Below, piece by piece: positions 51,901 to 64,000 of a stretch of DNA of 64,000 bases. Location of the stretch: positions 16,058,001 through 16,122,000 of the forward strand of contig OZ059895.1 in assembly GCA_964057225.1 (NCBI GenBank). The letters run 5' to 3'. Source of the DNA: Auanema rhodensis (Eukaryota; Animalia; Nematoda). Each line of letters starts with the position of its first letter. Position 1 is the stretch's first letter. Position numbers and translations under genes: made by a program. A model generated the notes under the pieces. The model was not told the origin of the DNA, did not search any database, and saw only the letters and a list, made by a program, of their open reading frames with translations.

Positions 51901-54900
51901 TAACGTTGGTATTCTGATAACGTGTAGCCTCATATCCTCGGTAGTATAGTGGTGAGTATCCGCGTCTGTCACATGCGAGACCCGGGTTCAATTCCCGGCC
52001 GGGGAGAATGTTTTACACCTGTTCAGTATGTTTTCTTCCAGGTAATGCCCTGAGGATTAAATTATCCGTAAATATGTTGTTTCATTGGCAAAATAGTTGT
52101 GAACGGGATGGTCGCCAATATTGTCGGGTTCTTCCAGCTTGAGTTGCAATTAAAACTTGATGGAATGTTTTTCCTCAACATTCAGAAATTTAATAAAGTG
52201 AAACCCATATGAGATACCAAACAAGGTAGGGCCTGTTAGACTCATTGAGTTGAACATTAAACTTACCTGGCTGGGAGCTGCCCGCGATCATCAAGGCGGG
52301 CTCTCTACGAAGAGGCCTGATCATTGCACTTTTCGATTGGGCTGACATGTATGGCAATCTCGAGTTGAGATTCGCCAACAGCTAAATTTTTGCGTTTGGG
52401 GATGAGTTCGCGCGTCTCTTACAATCTGAAGTATAAAGTTCATGCTTCGTGATTAGAATATCTTGAGAGTTTCACGTGAGATCCACGTACATCCACACGC
52501 TCACTTCATTTTTGAAATATATTAGCACTTGACCGGTTGTTCTTCATGTTATAAAGTTACTTCTATACTACAGTTTTTCTTTTCAGGAAATTGTGATCAT
52601 TGAAGCTAAGGGAGAGACTTAGAATCGTAACGTTGGTATTCTGATAACGTGTGGCCTCATATCCTTGGTAGTATAGTGGTGAGTATCCGCGTCTGTCACA
52701 TGCGAGACCCGGGTTCAATTCCCGGCCGGGGAGAATGTTTTACACCTGTTCAGTATGTTTTCTTCCAGGTAATGCCCTGAGTATTAAATTATTCGTATAT
52801 ATGTTGTTTCATTGGCAAAATAGTTGTGAACGGGATGGTCGCCAATATTGTCGGGTTCTTCCAGCTTGAGTTGCAATTAAAACCTGATCGAATGTTTTTC
52901 CTCAAGATTCAGAAATTTAATAAAGTGAAACCCATATGAGATACCAAACAAGGTATGGCCTGTTAGACTCATTGAGTTGACCATTAAACTTACCTGGCTG
53001 GGAGCTGCCCGCGATCATCAAGGCGGGCTCTCTACGAAGAGGCCTGATCATTGCACTTTTCGATTGGGCTGACCTGTATGGCAATCTCGAGTTGAGATTC
53101 GCCAACAGCTAAATTTTTGCGTTTGGGGATGCGTTCGCGCGTCCCTTACAATCTCGAGTATTAATTTCATGCTTGGTAATCAGAATATCGTGAGAGTTTC
53201 ACGTGAAATCCACGTACATCCACACGCTCACTTCATTTTTGAATTATAATAGCACTTGACCGGTTGTTCTTCATGTTATAAAATTACTTCTATACTACAA
53301 TTTTTCTTTTCAGGAAATTGTGATCATTGAAGCTAAGGGAGAGACTTAGAATCGTAACGTTGGTATTCTGATAACGTGTAGCCTCATATCCTTGGTAGTA
53401 TAGTGGTGAGTATCCGCGTCTGTCACATGCGAGACCCGGGTTCAATTCCCGGCCGGGGAGAATGTTTTACACCTGTTCAGTATGTTTTCTTCCAGGTAAT
53501 GCCCTGAGTATTAAATTATCCGTATATATGTTGTTTCATTGGCAAAATAGTTGTGAACGGGATGGTCGCCAATATTGTCGGGTTCTTCCAGCTTGAGTTG
53601 CAATTAAAACCTGATCGAATGTTTTTCCTCAAGATTCAGAAATTTAATAAAGTGAAACCCATATGAGATACCAAGCAAAGTATGGCCTGTTAGACTCATT
53701 GAGTTGAACATTAAACTTACCTGGCTGGGAGCTGCCCGCGATCATCAAGGCGGGCTCTCTACGAAGAGGCCTGATCATTGCACTTTTCGATTGGGCTGAC
53801 ATGTATGGCAATCTCGAGTTGAGATTCGCCAACAGCTAAATTTTTGCGTTTGGGGATGCGTTCGCGCGTCCCTTACAATCTGAAGTATAAAGTTCATGCT
53901 TCGTGATTAGAATATCTTGAGAGTTTCACGTGAGATCCACGTACATCCACACGCTCACTTCATTTTTGAAATATATTAGCACTTGACCGGTTGTTCTTCA
54001 TGTTATAAAGTTACTTCTATACTACAGTTTTTCTTTTCAGGAAATTGTGATCATTGAAGCTAAGGGAGAGACTTAGAATCGTAACGTTGGTATTCTGATA
54101 ACGTGTAGCCTCATATCCTTGGTAGTATAGTGGTGAGTATCCGCGTCTGTCACATGCGAGACCCGGGTTCAATTCCCGGCCGGGGAGAATGTTTTACACC
54201 TGTTCAGTATGTTTTCTTCCAGGTAATGCCCTGAGTATTAAATTATCCGTATATATGTTGTTTCATTGGCAAAATAGTTGTGAACGGGATGGTCGCCAAT
54301 ATTGTCGGGTTCTTCCAGCTTGAGTTGCAATTAAAACCTGATCGAATGTTTTTCCTCAAGATTCAGAAATTTAATAAAGTGAAACCCATATGAGATACCA
54401 AGCAAAGTATGGCCTGTTAGACTCATTGAGTTGAACATTAAACTTACCTGGCTGGGAGCTGCCCGCGATCATCAAGGCGGGCTCTCTACGAAGAGGCCTG
54501 ATCATTGCACTTTTCGATTGGGCTGACATGTATGGCAATCTCGAGTTGAGATTCGCCAACAGCTAAATTTTTGCGTTTGGGGATGCGTTCGCGCGTCCCT
54601 TACAATCTGAAGTATAAAGTTCATGCTTCGTGATTAGAATATCTTGAGAGTTTCACGTGAGATCCACGTACATCCACACGCTCACTTCATTTTTGAAATA
54701 TATTAGCACTTGACCGGTTGTTCTTCATGTTATAAAGTTACTTCTATACTACAGTTTTTCTTTTCAGGAAATTGTGATCATTGAAGCTAAGGGAGAGACT
54801 TAGAATCGTAACGTTGGTATTCTGATAACGTGTAGCCTCATATCCTTGGTAGTATAGTGGTGAGTATCCGCGTCTGTCACATGCGAGACCCGGGTTCAAT

Positions 54901-57900
54901 TCCCGGCCGGGGAGAATGTTTTACACCTGTTCAGTATGTTTTCTTCCAGGTAATGCCCTGAGTATTAAATTATCCGTATATATGTTGTTTCATTGGCAAA
55001 ATAGTTGTGAACGGGATGGTCGCCAATATTGTCGGGTTCTTCCAGCTTGAGTTGCAATTAAAACCTGATCGAATGTTTTTCCTCAAGATTCAGAAATTTA
55101 ATAAAGTGAAACCCATATGAGATACCAAGCAAAGTATGGCCTGTTAGACTCATTGAGTTGAACATTAAACTTACCTGGCTGGGAGCTGCCCGCGATCATC
55201 AAGGCGGGCTCTCTACGAAGAGGCCTGATCATTGCACTTTTCGATTGGGCTGACATGTATGGCAATCTCGAGTTGAGATTCGCCAACAGCTAAATTTTTG
55301 CGTTTGGGGATGCGTTCGCGCGTCCCTTACAATCTGAAGTATAAAGTTCATGCTTCGTGATTAGAATATCTTGAGAGTTTCACGTGAGATCCACGTACAT
55401 CCACACGCTCACTTCATTTTTGAAATATATTAGCACTTGACCGGTTGTTCTTCATGTTATAAAGTTACTTCTATACTACAGTTTTTCTTTTCAGGAAATT
55501 GTGATCATTGAAGCTAAGGGAGAGACTTAGAATCGTAACGTTGGTATTCTGATAACGTGTAGCCTCATATCCTTGGTAGTATAGTGGTGAGTATCCGCGT
55601 CTGTCACATGCGAGACCCGGGTTCAATTCCCGGCCGGGGAGAATGTTTTACACCTGTTCAGTATGTTTTCTTCCAGGTAATGCCCTGAGTATTAAATTAT
55701 CCGTATATATGTTGTTTCATTGGCAAAATAGTTGTGAACGGGATGGTCGCCAATATTGTCGGGTTCTTCCAGCTTGAGTTGCAATTAAAACCTGATCGAA
55801 TGTTTTTCCTCAAGATTCAGAAATTTAATAAAGTGAAACCCATATGAGATACCAAACAAGGTAGGGCCTGTTAGACTCATTGAGTTGAACATTAAACTTA
55901 CCTGGCTGGGAGCTGCCCGCGATCATCAAGGCGGGCTCTCTACGAAGAGGCCTGATCATTGCACTTTTCGATTGGGCTGACATGTATGGCAATCTCGAGT
56001 TGAGATTCGCCAACAGCTAAATTTTTGCGTTTGGGGATGCGTTCGCGCGTCCCTTACAATCTGAAGTATAAAGTTCATGCTTCGTGATTAGAATATCTTG
56101 AGAGTTTCACGTGAGATCCACGTACATCCACACGCTCACTTCATTTTTGAATTATAATAGCACTTGACCGGTTGTTCTTCATGTTATAAAGTTACTTCTA
56201 TACTACAGTTTTTCTTTTCAGGAAATTGTGATCATTGAAGCTAAGGGAGAGACTTAGAATCGTAACGTTGGTATTCTGATAACGTGTAGCCTCATATCCT
56301 TGGTAGTATAGTGGTGAGTATCCGCGTCTGTCACATGCGAGACCCGGGTTCAATTCCCGGCCGGGGAGAATGTTTTACACCTGTTCAGTATGTTTTCTTC
56401 CAGGTAATGCCCTGAGGGTTAAATTATCCGTAAATATGTTGTTTCATTGGCAGAGTAGTTAAGAACGGGATGGTCGCCAATATTGTTGGGTTCTTCCCGC
56501 TTGAGTTGCAATTAAAACTTGATGGAATGTTTTTCCTCAAGATTCAGAAATTTAATAAAGTGAAACCCATATGAGATACCAAACAAGGTAGGGCCTGTTA
56601 GACTCATTGAGTTGAACATTAAACTTACCTGGCTGGGAGCTGCCCGCGATCATCAAGGCGGGATCTCTACGAAGAGGCCTGATCATTGCACTTTTCGATT
56701 GGGCTGACATGTATGGCAATCTCGAGTTGAGATTCGCCAACAGCTAAATTTTTGCGTTTGGGGATGCGTTCGCGCGTCCCTTACAATCTCGAGTATTAAT
56801 TTCATGCTTGGTAATCAGAATATCTTGAGAGTTTCACGTGAGATCCACGTACATCCACACGCTCACTTCATTTTTGAAATATAATAGCACTTGACCGGTT
56901 GTTCTTCATGTTATAAAATTACTTCTATACTACAATTTTTCTTTTCAGGAAATTGTGATCATTGAAGTTAAGGGAGAGACTTAGAATCGTAACGTTGGTA
57001 TTCTGATAACGTGTAGCCTCATATCCTTGGTAGTATAGTGGTGAGTATCCGCGTCTGTCACATGCGAGACCCGGGTTCAATTCCCGGCCGGGGAGAATGT
57101 TTTACACCTGTTCAGTATGTTTTCTTCCAGGTAATGCCCTGAGGGTTAAATTATCCGTATATATGTTGTTTCATTGGCAAAATAGTTGTGAACGGGAAGG
57201 TCGCCAATATTGTCGGGTTCTTCCAGCTTGAGTTGCAATTAAAACCTGATCGAATGTTTTTCCTCAAGATTCAGAAATTTAATAAAGTGAAACCCATATG
57301 AGATACCAAACAAGGTATGGCCTGTTAGACTCATTGAGTTGACCATTAAACTTACCTGGCTGGGAGCTGCCCGCGATCATCAAGGCGGGCTCTCTACGAA
57401 GAGGCCTGATCATTGCACTTTTCGATTGGGCTGACCTGTATGGCAATCTCGAGTTGAGATTCGCCAACAGCTAAATTTTTGCGTTTGGGGATGCGTTCGC
57501 GCGTCCCTTACAATCTGAAGTATAAAGTTCATGCTTCGTGATTAGAATATCTTGAGAGTTTCACGTGAGATCCACGTACATCCACACGCTTACTTCATTT
57601 TTGAATTATAATAGCACTTGACCGGTTGTTCTTCATGTTATAAAATTACTTCTATACTACAGTTTTCTTTTCAGGAAATTGTGATCAATGAAGCTAAGGG
57701 AGAGACTTAGAATCGTAACGTTGGTATTCTGATAACGTGTAGCCTCATATCCTCGGTAGTATAGTGGTGAGTATCCGCGTCTGTCACATGCGAGACCCGG
57801 GTTCAATTCCCGGCCGGGGAGAATGTTTTACACCTGTTCAGTATGTTTTCTTCCAGGTAATGCCCTGAGGGTTAAATTATCCGTATATATGTTGTTTCAT

Positions 57901-60900
57901 TGGCAAAATAGTTGTGAACGGGATGGTCGCCAATATTGTCGGGTTCTTCCAGCTTGAGTTGCAATTAAAACTTGATCGAATGTTTTTCCTCAAGATTCAG
58001 AAATTTAATAAAGTGAAACCCATATGAGATACCAAGCAAAGTATGGCCTGTTAGACTCATTGAGTTGAACATTAAACTTACCTGGCTGGGAGCTGCCCGC
58101 GATCATCAAGGCGGGCTCTCTACGAAGAGGCCTGATCATTGCACTTTTCGATTGGGCTGACCTGTATGGCAATCTCGAGTTGAGATTCGCCAACAGCTAA
58201 ATTTTTGCGTTTGGGGATGCGTTCGCGCGTCCCTTACAATCTGAAGTATAAAGTTCATGCTTCGTGATTAGAATATCTTGAGAGTTTCACGTGAGATCCA
58301 CGTACATCCACACGCTCACTTCATTTTTGAATTATAATAGCACTTGACCGGTTGTTCTTCATGTTATAAAGTTACTTCTATACTACAGTTTTTCTTTTCA
58401 GGAAATTGTGATCATCGAAGCTAAGGGAGAGACTTAGAATCGTAACGTTGGTATTCTGATAACGTGTAGCCTCATATCCTCGGTAGTATAGTGGTGAGTA
58501 TCCGCGTCTGTCACATGCGAGACCCGGGTTCAATTCCCGGCCGGGGAGAATGTTTTACACCTGTTCAGTATGTTTTCTTCCAGGTAATGCTCTGAAGGTT
58601 AAATTATCCGTAAATATGTTGTTTCATTGGCAGAATAGTTAAGAACGGGATGGTCGCCAATATTGTCGGGTTCTTCCCGCTTGAGTTGCAATTAAAACTT
58701 GATCGAATGTTTTTCCTCAAGATTCAGAAATTTAATAAAGTGAAACCCATATGAGATACCAAGCAAAGTATGGCCTGTTAGACTCATTGAGTTGAACATT
58801 AAACTTACCTGGCTGGGAGCTGCCCGCGATCATCAAGGCGGGCTCTCTACGAAGAGGCCTGATCATTGCACTTTTCGATTGGGCTGACCTGTATGGCAAT
58901 CTCGAGTTGAGATTCGCCAACAGCTAAATTTTTGCGTTTGGGGATGCGTTCGCGCGTCCCTTACAATCTCGAGTATTAATTTCATGCTTGGTAATCAGAA
59001 TATCGTGAGAGTTTCACGTGAAATCCACGTACATCCACACGCTTACTTCATTTTTGAATTATAATAGCACTTGACCGGTTGTTCTTCATTTTATAAAATT
59101 ACTTCTATACTACAGTTTTCTTTTCAGGAAATTGTGATCATTGAAGTTAAGGGAGAGACTTAGAATCGTAACGTTGGTATTCTGATAACGTGTAGCCTCA
59201 TATCCTCGGTAGTATAGTGGTGAGTATCCGCGTCTGTCACATGCGAGACCCGGGTTCAATTCCCGGCCGGGGAGAATGTTTTACACCTGTTCAGTATGTT
59301 TTCTTCCAGGTAATGCCCTGAGGATTAAATTATCCGTAAATATGTTGTTTCATTGGCAAAATAGTTGTGAACGGGATGGTCGCCAATATTGTCGGGTTCT
59401 TCCAGCTTGAGTTGCAATTAAAACTTGATGGAATGTTTTTCCTCAAGATTCAGAAATTTAATAAAGTGAAACCCATATGAGATACCAAACAAGGTATGGC
59501 CTGTTAGACTCATTGAGTTGACCATTAAACTTACCTGGCTGGGAGCTGCCCGCGATCATCAAGGCGGGCTCTCTACGAAGAGGCCTGATCATTGCACTTT
59601 TCGATTGGGCTGACCTGTATGGCAATCTCGAGTTGAGATTCGCCAACAGCTAAATTTTTGCGTTTGGGGATGCGTTCGCGCGTCCCTTACAATCTGAAGT
59701 ATAAAGTTCATGCTTCGTGACTAGAATATCGTGAGAGTTTCACGTGAAATCCACGTACATCCACACGCTCACTTCATTTTTGAAATATATTAGCACTTGA
59801 CCGGTTGTTCTTCATGTTATAAAATTACTTCTATACTACAGTTTTTCTTTTCAGGAAATTGTGATCATTGAAGCTAAGGGAGAGACTTAGAATCGTAACG
59901 TTGGTATTCTGATAACGTTTAGCCCCATATCCTCGGTAGTATAGTGGTGAGTATCCGCGTCTGTCACATGCGAGACCCGGGTTCAATTCCCGGCCGGTGA
60001 GAATGTTTTACACCTGTTCAGTATGTTTTCTTCCAGGTAATGCCCTGAGGGTTAAATTATCCGTAAATATGTTGTTTCATTGGCAGAATAGTTAAGAACG
60101 GGATGGTCGCCAATGTTGTCGGGTTCTTCCCGCTTGAGTTGCAATTAAAACTTGATGGAATGTTTTTCCTCAAGATTCAGAAATTTAATAAAGTGAAACC
60201 CATATGAGATACCAAACAAGGTATGGCCTGTTAGACTCATTGAGTTGACCATTAAACTTACCTGGCTGGGAGCTGCCCGCGATCATCAAGGCGGGCTCTC
60301 TACGAAGAGGCCTGATCATTGCACTTTTCGATTGGGCTGACCTGTATGGCAATCTCGAGTTGAGATTCGCCAACAGCTAAATTTTTGCGTTTGGGGATGC
60401 GTTCGCGCGTCCCTTACAATCTGAAGTATAAAGTTCATGCTTCGTGATTAGAATATCTTGAGAGTTTCACGTGAGATCCACGTACATCCACACGCTCACT
60501 TCATTTTTGAAATATATTAGCACTTGACCGGTTGTTCTTCATGTTATAAAGTTACTTCTATACTACAGTTTTTCTTTTCAGGAAATTGTGATCATTGAAG
60601 CTAAGGGAGAGACTTAGAATCGTAACGTTGGTATTCTGATAACGTTTAGCCCCATATCCTCGGTAGTATAGTGGTGAGTATCCGCGTCTGTCACATGCGA
60701 GACCCGGGTTCAATTCCCGGCCGGGGAGAATGTTTTACACCTGTTCAGTATGTTTTCTTCCAGGTAATGCCCTGAGGGTTGAATTATCCGTAAATATGTT
60801 GTTTCATTGGCAAAATAGTTGTGAACGGGATGGTCGCCAATATTGTCGGGTTCTTCCAGCTTGAGTTGCAATTAAAACTTGATCGAATGTTTTTCCTCAA

Positions 60901-61707
60901 GATTCAGAAATTTAATAAAGTGAAACCCATATGAGATACCAAGCAAGGTATGGCCTGTTAGACTCATTGAGTTGACCATTAAACTTACCTGGCTGGGAGC
61001 TGCCCGCGATCATCAAGGCGGGCTCTCTACGAAGAGGCCTGATCATTGCACTTTTCGATTGGGCTGACCTGTATGGCAATCTCGAGTTGAGATTCGCCAA
61101 CAGCTAAATTTTTGCGTTTGGGGATGCGTTCGCGCGTCCCTTACAATCTCGAGTATTAATTTCATGCTTGGTAATCAGAATATCGTGAGAGTTTCACGTG
61201 AAATCCACGTACATCCACACGCTCACTTCATTTTTGAATAATAATAGCACTTGACCGGTTGTTCTTCATGTTATAAAATTACTTCTATACTACAGTTTTT
61301 CTTTTCAGGAAATTGTGATCATTGAAGCTAAGGGAGAGACTTAGAATCGTAACGTTGGTATTCTGATAACGTTTAGCCCCATATCCTCGGTAGTATAGTG
61401 GTGAGTATCCGCGTCTGTCACATGCGAGACCTGGGTTCAATTCCCGGCCGGGGAGAATGTTTTACACCTGTTCAGTATGTTTTCTTCCAGGTAATGCCCT
61501 GAGGATTAATTTATCCGTAAATATGTTGTTTCATTGGCAAAATAGTTGTGAACGGGATGGTCGCCAATATTGTCGGGTTCTTCCAGCTTGAGTTGCAATT
61601 AAAACTTGATCGAATGTTTTTCCTCAAGATTCAGAAATTTAATAAAGTGAAACCCATATGAGATACCAAGCAAAGTATGGCCTGTTAGACTCATTGAGTT
61701 GAACATT

Positions 61708-61869
61708 AAACTTACCTGGCTGGGAGCTGCCCGCGATCATCAAGGCGGGCTCTCTACGAAGAGGCCTGATCATTGCACTTTTCGATTGGGCTGACCTGTA
61801 TGGCAATCTCGAGTTGAGATTCGCCAACAGCTAAATTTTTGCGTTTGGGGATGCGTTCGCGCGTCCCTT
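61708..61869 (+). ncRNA. U1: U1 snRNA (last copy)
   Basis: Consensus copy. Confidence 0.95.
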
Positions 61870-62109
61870 ACAATCTGAAGTATAAAGTTCATGCTTCGTG
61901 ATTAGAATATCTTGAGAGTTTCACGTGAGATCCACGTACATCCACACGCTCACTTCATTTTTGAAATATATTAGCACTTGACCGGTTGTTCTTCATGTTA
62001 TAAAATTACTTCTATACTACAGTTTTCTTTTCAGGAAATTGTGATCAATGAAGCTAAGGGAGAGACTTAGAATCGTAACGTTGGTATTCTGATAACGTGT
62101 AGCCTCATA

Positions 62110-62181
62110 TCCTCGGTAGTATAGTGGTGAGTATCCGCGTCTGTCACATGCGAGACCCGGGTTCAATTCCCGGCCGGGGAG
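62110..62181 (+). tRNA. tRNA-Asp: tRNA-Asp(GTC) (last copy)
   Basis: Consensus copy. Confidence 0.96.
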
Positions 62182-62389
62182 AATGTTTTACACCTGTTCA
62201 GTATGTTTTCTTCCAGGTAATGCCCTGAGGGTTAAATTATCCGTAAATATGTTGTTTCATTGGCAGAATAGTTAAGAACGGGATGGTCGCCAATATTGTT
62301 GGGTTCTTCCCGCTTGAGTTGCAATTGAAACTTGATGGAATGTTTTTCCTCAAGATTCAGAAATTTAATAAAGTGAAACCCATATGAGA

Positions 62390-62710
62390 TACCAAAGAAG
62401 GTAAAAAAGAAAAACTAAATATCCGCTTCTCTTTTTCGTTAATTCCTGATGGATGAAAATAATAAAGAAGGCTTAAGCTAACTAGCCTGCAGTCATACAT
62501 AGATCCATTAGTGATACTTCCATATATTATTACTATATGGTTTATTTGCAGAAATTTTAAAAAACAACACAACAGATTGTATAATATTACAAAACACATG
62601 AAATATATATATGAAGACAAAGTTAAGCTAATACATCTTTTCTCTTGAGAATATGTTGGAATTAGAAAAAGTGTAATTGAGGTAACAGAAAACAATTTAT
62701 CATTTATGAA
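62390..62710 (-). other. Possible exon(s) of an unidentified membrane-protein gene abutting the array
   Basis: Minus-strand TTTTTCAG acceptor at ~62711 followed by an open hydrophobic frame (FINDKLFSVTSITLFLIPTY...). I could not build a complete gene model. Confidence 0.3.
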
Positions 62711-63373
62711 CTGAAAAAGATTTGATGAACTATAATTTTTGAAATAGCAACTTCATATATATGTGCACCTTTCAAGTTGATTTCTTGATTTTCTGTGCTT
62801 ATGACGGCAGCTTGAAAATCAAAACAAAGTTATAACAAATGATTATCAAAATAATTTAATTATTCTATAACATCTGTTATTAAATATGTACCATTAACAG
62901 ACATATAACAAGCCAAGCTGAATCCAACAGAGTAGGCTTGTTCTTTGTATTTAAATAGTTCTGTAGTAGATTAGTTCGAGTAAATAGATAATGTCCTTGA
63001 TAACAAAGTCATATATGGGTTTGTTTGTGTAAGAAGATTGAGTTTCTCTTAGTTCCAGTAAGTTCATGACAGTAGAGATGGAAAAGTTACGTGAAAAGTC
63101 CCCACGTCATTAGCATAAAAGCACGTTTTCAAAAATGAAGGTCTCGCAATTTATGCTTAATATCCACGTGACGTCAACTACATTTCCTGAATATAGCAGA
63201 TTAAAATAACCACTAATTTTTTTTATTTATAATTGATTGAAACAGAAAAAAATAGAAATAGCATTTCATACGTTTATCCCTGTGGTCGAATATGATGCGT
63301 CGGTATGATTGTACTGATTCCCATAATACTAGCAGTACTACGTAATCGTCGACTTGTTACTGTGGTCATGGTT

Positions 63374-64000
63374 TTAGTGTCTTGAAGAAAAATAATAAAT
63401 TAATAATATAAGTACATAATTTGATTTACTATTTGAAATAAATTGGTTTGGCACGTATTTGGAAAACATTTTAATTATTCCTTGTCGGACAGATCGATTT
63501 AGAAGAATATATATATAGGGTGGAAAGCCTGTAATAATTGATGTATGTAAGTAGACAAAAATAAAATAAATAAAAGCATACATGTAGAGAGAATATATAG
63601 GACTCCGGTAGCTTGTTTTACTAGTAAATGGCAGTCAAAGAAGAAGTTCACAAGATATAGTAATGCTGCTATATTGCATAAACTAACTATAGCTAAACAT
63701 TGAAAGAAAAGCTGAAAATAGATGATTCAAAATGATTAAACGATCATGTTGAATATACTGTCACTTGACGACGTCTATCTATTATATTTCCAAAATTTTC
63801 GCGTAGATTTTTGGAGATGTTGAAACATAGAAATATGCTCAGAATGCTGTTGCACGAAACAACAATAGTATTATTGAAGATGAGTAGATGGCCAAAGTAC
63901 TGAACATGATTTAACTAATATTGATTATGATTTATATGGCACATACTTCAGATGTAGCATTTTCATAGATCTGCGGATCCCAATAGGCTAATCCAGTTTT
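63374..64000 (-). CDS. 3' half of a nematode serpentine 7TM chemoreceptor, Srt-like (exons >64000-63947, 63899-63759, 63711-63582, 63528-63374)
   Basis: Three GT..AG introns of 47-53 nt splice in frame to KTGLAYWDPQIYENATSE/YFGHLLIFNNTIVV...RRQVT/LFFQCLAIVSLCNIAALLYLV...LST/CFPPYIYILLNRSVRQG. The WDP, NN, FFQ and PPxIYxxLNxSVR motifs are typical of the Srt family. Confidence 0.8.

Larger units (their letters stand above)
41856..62403 (+). repeat. Right tandem array of 726-727-bp U1 + tRNA-Asp units (~28 units)
   Basis: U1 starts: 42810,43537,44264,44991,45718,46445,47172,47898,48625,49352,50079,50806,51532,52259,52986,53713,54440,55167,55894,56621,57348,58074,58801,59527,60254,60981,61708. 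tRNA starts at 41864, 42486 and 402-403 bp after each U1 start (last at 62110). Confidence 0.98.

Noticed and set aside
881-61827. About 60 repeated 62-67 aa minus-strand ORFs (MANLNSRLPY...)
   Set aside because: They are antisense to U1, start at TTG, and the stop differs between sub-arrays. Their conservation is explained by the RNA gene.
735-62403. CRISPR array or other prokaryotic system
   Set aside because: Units are 727 bp with no unique spacers and no cas genes. The content (snRNA, spliceosomal introns) is eukaryotic.

Overview
Nematode-type eukaryotic genomic DNA, about 72% of it a head-to-tail tandem array of a 727-bp unit. Each unit carries two different ncRNA genes on the + strand: a U1 spliceosomal snRNA (Pol II type) and a tRNA-Asp(GTC) (Pol III type). 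I count about 60 full-length U1 and about 63 full-length tRNA-Asp copies in two sub-arrays (735-26559 and ~41856-62403) with distinct spacer haplotypes. The array is interrupted by a Ty3/gypsy-like LTR at its left edge, an intact Merlin transposon, a decayed gypsy-like retroelement with a triplicated leader, a long-TIR piggyBac relic, an intact MULE, a second retroelement fragment, and a scrambled inverted patchwork of tRNA and retroelement pieces. The junctions with foreign elements cluster around the tRNA gene. The right end holds the 3' half of an Srt-like serpentine chemoreceptor gene on the minus strand. The repeated 62-67 aa ORFs in the track are antisense-to-U1 artefacts. Counts and alignments were done by eye.
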